This document shows positions 59,471 to 64,000 of a stretch of DNA of 64,000 nt, piece after piece. How positions within the stretch are numbered: position 1 is the stretch's first letter; each line of letters begins with the position of its first letter. The translations under genes were made by a program, and so were the position numbers. This stretch comes from Propionigenium maris DSM 9537 (GTDB lineage Bacteria > Fusobacteriota > Fusobacteriia > Fusobacteriales > Fusobacteriaceae): assembly GCF_027925155.1 (NCBI RefSeq), contig NZ_BSDY01000001.1:58822-122821 (forward strand), read 5' to 3'. The notes under the pieces were generated by a model. That model was not told where the DNA came from, ran no database searches, and saw only the letters and a list, made by a program, of their open reading frames with translations.

Positions 59471-60274
59471 ATGGACATATTGAAGATGGAAGAGAGAGCA
59501 AAGAAGCTGAGAAGTGAGATATTAAAAACTATATATAATGCCAAATCGGGGCATCCAGGGGGATCCCTTTCCTGTCTGGAGCTCCTTATGACCCTCTACC
59601 TTCATGAGCTGAAGATAGATGCAAAAAATCCCCAGTGGGAGGAGAGGGACAGGTTTATTATGTCTAAGGGACATGCTACTCCAGGTCTCTATACCGTCCT
59701 TGCAGAGGCAGGGTTCTTTCCTAAGGATGAGTTAGAGGGATTCAGAGGCTATGGAAGGCTTCTTCAGGGACATGCCTACAGAGATGTACCAGGGGTGGAG
59801 TTATCCACAGGTTCCCTGGGGATGGGGCTCTCTGTGGGGATAGGAATGGCCCTTGCAGGAAGGCTGAAGAGGGCAGACTACAATGTCTATGTTATGCTGG
59901 GAGACGGGGAGATACAGGAGGGCAATATATGGGAGGCGGCTATGAGCGGCGGCCATCATAAGCTTCCAAATCTCTGTGCAATTGTGGACTACAACAAGGT
60001 ACAGGAAAATGGTTTTGTAAATGACATTAAAAATATGGAACCCCTAGATGAAAGGTGGAGATCCTTTAGGTGGAATGTAGTGGTAATAGACGGGCACAAC
60101 TTCAAGGAGATTTTGGGGGCTCTTGAAGAGTTTAAGAAAGAAAAGGATAAGCCTACAGTAATAATTGCTAACACCATAAAGGGAAAGGGTGTGGAGTTTA
60201 TGGAGTATGATCATAAATGGCATGGAAAAGCCCCTAACCTGGAGCAGCTGGAGGATGCAGTAGCGAACCTTTAA
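59471..60274 (+). CDS. transketolase, N-terminal (TPP-binding) subunit
   Basis: 267 aa with GHPGGSLS and GDGEIQEGNIWEA. Confidence 0.85.
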   Translation: MDILKMEERAKKLRSEILKTIYNAKSGHPGGSLSCLELLMTLYLHELKIDAKNPQWEERDRFIMSKGHATPGLYTVLAEAGFFPKDELEGFRGYGRLLQGHAYRDVPGVELSTGSLGMGLSVGIGMALAGRLKRADYNVYVMLGDGEIQEGNIWEAAMSGGHHKLPNLCAIVDYNKVQENGFVNDIKNMEPLDERWRSFRWNVVVIDGHNFKEILGALEEFKKEKDKPTVIIANTIKGKGVEFMEYDHKWHGKAPNLEQLEDAVANL

Positions 60275-60300
60275 GCTTTACATACAAAAAAAAGAAGGAG

Positions 60301-61239
60301 TTGATCATATTGGAAAAAGCCACAAGAGATGCCTTTGGTGAGGTGCTGGTAGCACTGGGGGGAGAGGATGAGAGGATAGTTGCCCTGTCAGCAGACCTCC
60401 AGGACTCAACTAAGGCTATACACTTTGAAAAAAAATATCCAGAAAGATTTGTAAATGTAGGAATAGCAGAGCAGGATCTTGTAGGAATAGCAGCAGGTTA
60501 TGCGCTGGAGGGGTTCATCCCTTTTATCTCATCTTTTGCAGCTTTTCTAACTACAAGACCCTTTGATATGCTGAGGATCCTTGCCTGCTACAACGACCTA
60601 AATATAAAGATCGTGGCCACCCACTCGGGGCTTACAGTGGGAGAGGACGGAGGAAGTGCTCAGATGCTAGAGGATATAGCCCTTATGAGAGCTTTGCCCA
60701 ATATGCAGGTATACTGTCCAGCTGACGCCATAGAAACAGAGAAGATAGTAAGGGTAGCAGCTAGGGAGAAGGGACCAATCTATATAAGGCTTGCCAGAGC
60801 CAAGTATCCTGTAATCACCGATCCAAATGAACCCTTTATCCCAGGAAGGGGGACGGTTATGAGAAGGGGAAGAGATCTCACTATCGTAGCAGCGGGATAT
60901 ATGGTATCTAAGGCTCTTGAGGTTGCAGAGACCCTATCCAAGGAGGGGATAGAGTCAAAGGTTATAAATATGTCCAGTATAAAGCCCATAGACAAGCACA
61001 TGCTGAAAAAGTGTGCAGCAAAGACTGGAAGAATTGTTACCCTGGAGGAGCACCAGGAGAGCGGAGGCTTGGGAAGTGCCGTATGTGAGGCTCTGGCTGA
61101 AACAGGGGTACCGATAAAGATAATAGGGGTGGAGGACCGTTTTGGACAGTCTGGTAAGCCTGAGGAGCTGTTCAAGGAGTATGGTCTTGACAATGAGAGC
61201 ATACTGGAAAAGATAAGGGAGTTTATAGGAAGAGCGTAG
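60301..61239 (+). CDS. transketolase, C-terminal (pyrimidine-binding) subunit
   Basis: 312 aa with ATRDAFGEVL and a TKT C-terminal domain. The TTG start is either 60301 or 60311. Confidence 0.85.
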   Translation: MIILEKATRDAFGEVLVALGGEDERIVALSADLQDSTKAIHFEKKYPERFVNVGIAEQDLVGIAAGYALEGFIPFISSFAAFLTTRPFDMLRILACYNDLNIKIVATHSGLTVGEDGGSAQMLEDIALMRALPNMQVYCPADAIETEKIVRVAAREKGPIYIRLARAKYPVITDPNEPFIPGRGTVMRRGRDLTIVAAGYMVSKALEVAETLSKEGIESKVINMSSIKPIDKHMLKKCAAKTGRIVTLEEHQESGGLGSAVCEALAETGVPIKIIGVEDRFGQSGKPEELFKEYGLDNESILEKIREFIGRA

Positions 61240-61412
61240 ACTTATGAAGAGGCTTTAAGCCTCTTCTTTTAATGGAAGGCAGAAATTATCTTTAATCTGC
61301 AAAGGGTTAGAGATAGAGGCAGTGAGGAGATACTCCTATAAAATATTTTGTAGGGTTTTTTAATGATAGAAATTAATGTATAATTAGAAAAAATTCATTA
61401 TAGGGGTGAAGC

Positions 61413-63395
61413 ATGGAAAGAATACTGGTAGATTTAAAGGATAAGTCCTATGATATTTTAATAGGTGGAGATACTCTGGGGAGGATAACCGACTATATTG
61501 AGGGGTATCAGAAGATAATGGTTCTCTCAAATACCACGGTGGGTGCTCTCTACTCGGAAAAGCTTCTGGATATACTGGAGATGGCAGGAAAGGAAGTATT
61601 CTACTTTGAGGTAAATGATGGTGAGGAGCACAAAAATATAGAGAGTGCCTTTGGAATATACGACTATATGCTGGAAAATGACTTTGACAGAAAGTCCCTG
61701 ATAATAACCCTGGGAGGGGGAGTAATCTGTGACCTTGGAGGATATATAGCCTCAACATATATGAGGGGAATAGACTTTATTCAGGTGCCTACATCCCTCC
61801 TGGCTCAGGTGGATGCCAGCGTAGGAGGAAAGGTGGCTGTGAACCACAGTAAGGCTAAAAACCTTATTGGAACCTTCCATCAGCCTAAGCTGGTTCTTGT
61901 GGACACGGAGTTTTTACACACCCTGCCGGAAAAGGAAATCAAGGCGGGGATGGGAGAGGTAATAAAGCACTCCTTCCTAAGGGATAACGGCTACTATGAG
62001 TATTTGAAGGCCAATGTAGAGGGAGTAAGAGCCCTTGAGAGCCAGGTAATGACTGAGGTGATAAAGAGGTCCTGTCTTGTAAAGAAGGAACTGGTGGAAG
62101 CAGATGAAAGGGAGGTGGGGCAGAGAGCCCTTCTAAACCTAGGACACACCTGGGGGCACGCCCTTGAAACAGCCACAAACTACAGGGGATATTCCCATGG
62201 TGAGGGAGTAGCCAAGGGGATAATTTTTGAGATGATGATATCTGAGAAGCTGGGATATATAGACAGGGAGTACCTTGAGATGGGAAGAGAGATCTTTAGA
62301 AGGTATGATATGGACTGTAAGCCTCTGAAGATGGAGGAGAATAGGCTCATAGAGCTCATGAGAAAGGATAAGAAGAATGTGGGAGGAAGGATAAGGTTTG
62401 TTCTTCCCAAGGGACTGGGAGAAAATGTCATAGAGGATGTTCCAGAGTCCCTCATAAAGGAGATAAACGCAGCTATAGAGGAGAGGTATATTAGGGGAGT
62501 AATCGACCTTGGGACAAACTCCTGCAGGCTCTTTACAGCTGAGGTTGAGAGAAAGGGAGAAGTCAGAACTATTATCAGAAAGTATGAGAAGTACCTGGAG
62601 ATATGCAGACTGGGGGAGGATGTTGATAAAAATGGCTACCTTCTTCCAGAGGCAATAGAAAGAACGGTCAAGGTGCTGAAGGAGTACAGGAAAAAGTTAA
62701 GTGGCTACGGAGCAACTGAGGTTTTAGTCTATGCTACCTCTGCTACAAGGGATTCAGCCAACAGGGATGAGTTTATAGACCTTGTAAAAAGGGAAACAGG
62801 ACTCATCATAGAGTGTATCAGCGGAGACAGGGAAGCCAAGCTGAGCTTCAGCGGAGCCATAGAGGGAATAGAGGATAAAGTGGTTCTTATAGACATAGGT
62901 GGAGGAAGCACAGAGATAGTAAAGGGAGACAGAGATAGCATAGACTTTATGAAGAGCTTCGATGTGGGAGCTGTAAGGGTAACGGAGAAGTTCTTCCATG
63001 GTGACAGGTATACCCAGGATGGACTAGATGCAGCAAACCTCTGGATAGAGGAGGTAATAGGGGAGATAAGGCACTTCTCAGATGAGGAGTTTGTCTTTAC
63101 AGGGGTAGCGGGAACTGTGACAACCCATGTAAGTGTTGCTGAAAAGATGAGAAGATATGACAGTGAAAGGGTGCACCACTACCTTCTTACAAGGGAGCAG
63201 ATCCTTGAAAACCTGAAACTATTTCTCTCTGTGAATTTAGAGGAGAGGAAAAAAATAAAAGGATTACACGAAAAAAGAGCTAATGTAATAATAGGAGGAA
63301 GTCTGGTACTTCTGACTATTATGAAGGTATTGAAGAGGGATAAAATTCTTGTTTCCGAGGACGATATCTTAGAGGGAATGATGGAGGAAGAGTAG
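61413..63395 (+). CDS. fusion protein: 3-dehydroquinate synthase (AroB) + Ppx/GppA-family phosphatase domain
   Basis: The N-terminal ~355 aa are AroB ([48 protein letters not shown]). The C-terminal ~300 aa are Ppx/GppA-like ([11 protein letters not shown]...[12 protein letters not shown]...IDIGGGSTE). It is a single uninterrupted ORF. Confidence 0.75.
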   Translation: MERILVDLKDKSYDILIGGDTLGRITDYIEGYQKIMVLSNTTVGALYSEKLLDILEMAGKEVFYFEVNDGEEHKNIESAFGIYDYMLENDFDRKSLIITLGGGVICDLGGYIASTYMRGIDFIQVPTSLLAQVDASVGGKVAVNHSKAKNLIGTFHQPKLVLVDTEFLHTLPEKEIKAGMGEVIKHSFLRDNGYYEYLKANVEGVRALESQVMTEVIKRSCLVKKELVEADEREVGQRALLNLGHTWGHALETATNYRGYSHGEGVAKGIIFEMMISEKLGYIDREYLEMGREIFRRYDMDCKPLKMEENRLIELMRKDKKNVGGRIRFVLPKGLGENVIEDVPESLIKEINAAIEERYIRGVIDLGTNSCRLFTAEVERKGEVRTIIRKYEKYLEICRLGEDVDKNGYLLPEAIERTVKVLKEYRKKLSGYGATEVLVYATSATRDSANRDEFIDLVKRETGLIIECISGDREAKLSFSGAIEGIEDKVVLIDIGGGSTEIVKGDRDSIDFMKSFDVGAVRVTEKFFHGDRYTQDGLDAANLWIEEVIGEIRHFSDEEFVFTGVAGTVTTHVSVAEKMRRYDSERVHHYLLTREQILENLKLFLSVNLEERKKIKGLHEKRANVIIGGSLVLLTIMKVLKRDKILVSEDDILEGMMEEE

Positions 63396-63400
63396 AGAGG

Positions 63401-63670
63401 ATGCATACACATAACTGGATAGTCACAGGAAGAGTTCAGGGAGTAGGGTTCAGATATTTTACATACAGCATTGCCAATAAGTATGGGCTCAGAGGCTGGG
63501 TCCGGAACCTCTCCGACGGAAGTGTAGAAGTGATGATCCAGGGAGAGGAAGGAAGGATCGAAAACCTGAGAAAATATCTTTTAAGGGGTAACATGTTTAT
63601 AAAGGTAGGGAAGATACAGGAGAAGACCTTGGAGGTAGAGGAATTTTCCAGCTTTGAGATAAGATATTAG
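63401..63670 (+). CDS. acyP: acylphosphatase
   Basis: 89 aa with [14 protein letters not shown] and [13 protein letters not shown]. Confidence 0.8.
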   Translation: MHTHNWIVTGRVQGVGFRYFTYSIANKYGLRGWVRNLSDGSVEVMIQGEEGRIENLRKYLLRGNMFIKVGKIQEKTLEVEEFSSFEIRY

Positions 63671-63693
63671 ACTACAGAAAAGAGGTGGCTGGT

Positions 63694-64000
63694 ATGGTTG
63701 ATAAGAAGGATTTACCTATAAGTTTAATTGGTTCAGGAGCTCTGGGAGAAGGGGTGAAGGAACTAAAAAAGCATGGATTTAAGAAGGTATTAATTGTAAT
63801 ATCGGAAACCCTTTCTAAAAGAAAGAGTATAGGGATACTGAAGTCGGAACTGGAAAAGCAGGGGATAGATTATTTCATCTTTTCAAGGTCCAATATAAAA
63901 GCGGACCTGAGTATAATAGAGAAGGGTATAGATGCAGTTTTGGAAAATGACTGTGATCTCATTCTGTCATTTGGCGGGAGGGACACTACAATGTGTGCTA
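63694..64000 (+). CDS. iron-containing alcohol dehydrogenase family protein, N-terminal part (runs off the window edge)
   Basis: MVDKKDLPISLIGSGALGE...KKVLIVISETL has a Rossmann-like Fe-ADH start. It is truncated by the window end. Confidence 0.5.
   Translation, partial: MVDKKDLPISLIGSGALGEGVKELKKHGFKKVLIVISETLSKRKSIGILKSELEKQGIDYFIFSRSNIKADLSIIEKGIDAVLENDCDLILSFGGRDTTMCA

Noticed and set aside
1-64000. Search for CRISPR arrays, rRNA, tRNA, transposases, integrases or restriction-modification genes.
   Set aside because: No regular direct-repeat arrays, no rRNA or tRNA signatures and no transposase or integrase-like ORFs were seen. The only repeat families are the two riboswitch copies and the similar terminators.

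Overview
This window is a chromosomal segment from an anaerobic, probably diderm, low-to-moderate-GC bacterium. The heptose epimerase hldD, an outer-membrane beta-barrel protein with a C-terminal Phe, a Spy/CpxP-like periplasmic protein, tryptophanase and a split transketolase together suggest a Fusobacteriota-like organism; this is inference. The content is mostly metabolic and transport genes. These include flavin oxidoreductases, hldD, a K+/H+-type antiporter, two MATE efflux paralogs, and a glsA-glnT-like operon followed by a GlnK/GlnL-like two-component pair. They also include a nitroreductase, tnaA with a divergent regulator, an M42 peptidase, a ulaABC-type PTS with a PRD regulator, an ArsR-ArsP-like-thioredoxin-COG0523 cluster, a BCCT transporter, panBCD, clpB, split tkt, an aroB::ppx fusion and acyP. 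There are no rRNA, tRNA, CRISPR or transposase genes.

The most notable observations are these:
- A roughly 100-nt element present twice in inverted orientation carries the hallmarks of a c-di-GMP-I (GEMM-I) riboswitch: GCAAA, a GAAA-capped P1 and the GACGCAAAGC box. One copy sits directly on the RBS of a periplasmic-SBP-fused HD-GYP phosphodiesterase gene. The other is orphaned in front of a 14-codon ORF. Together they bracket the tnaA region.
- The HD-GYP gene carries an in-frame TAA, after which a conserved C-terminal motif (GKHFDPKIVEIF) continues in frame.
- A compact putative amide-bond-forming module consists of a GATase1 overlapping a Ddl-like ATP-grasp::M20 fusion, divergent from an FGase-like::GNAT fusion.
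- A frameshifted, truncated MscS-family pseudogene lies next to an MBL-fold gene, which is flanked by paired palindromic operator-like sites.
- A 59-aa 2x[4Fe-4S] ferredoxin is missed by the ORF track, and a 20-aa hydrophobic micro-ORF has its own promoter, RBS and terminator.
- A perfect CIRCE element precedes clpB.
- A long leader ending in a 13-bp-stem terminator sits 20 nt before the BCCT transporter start.
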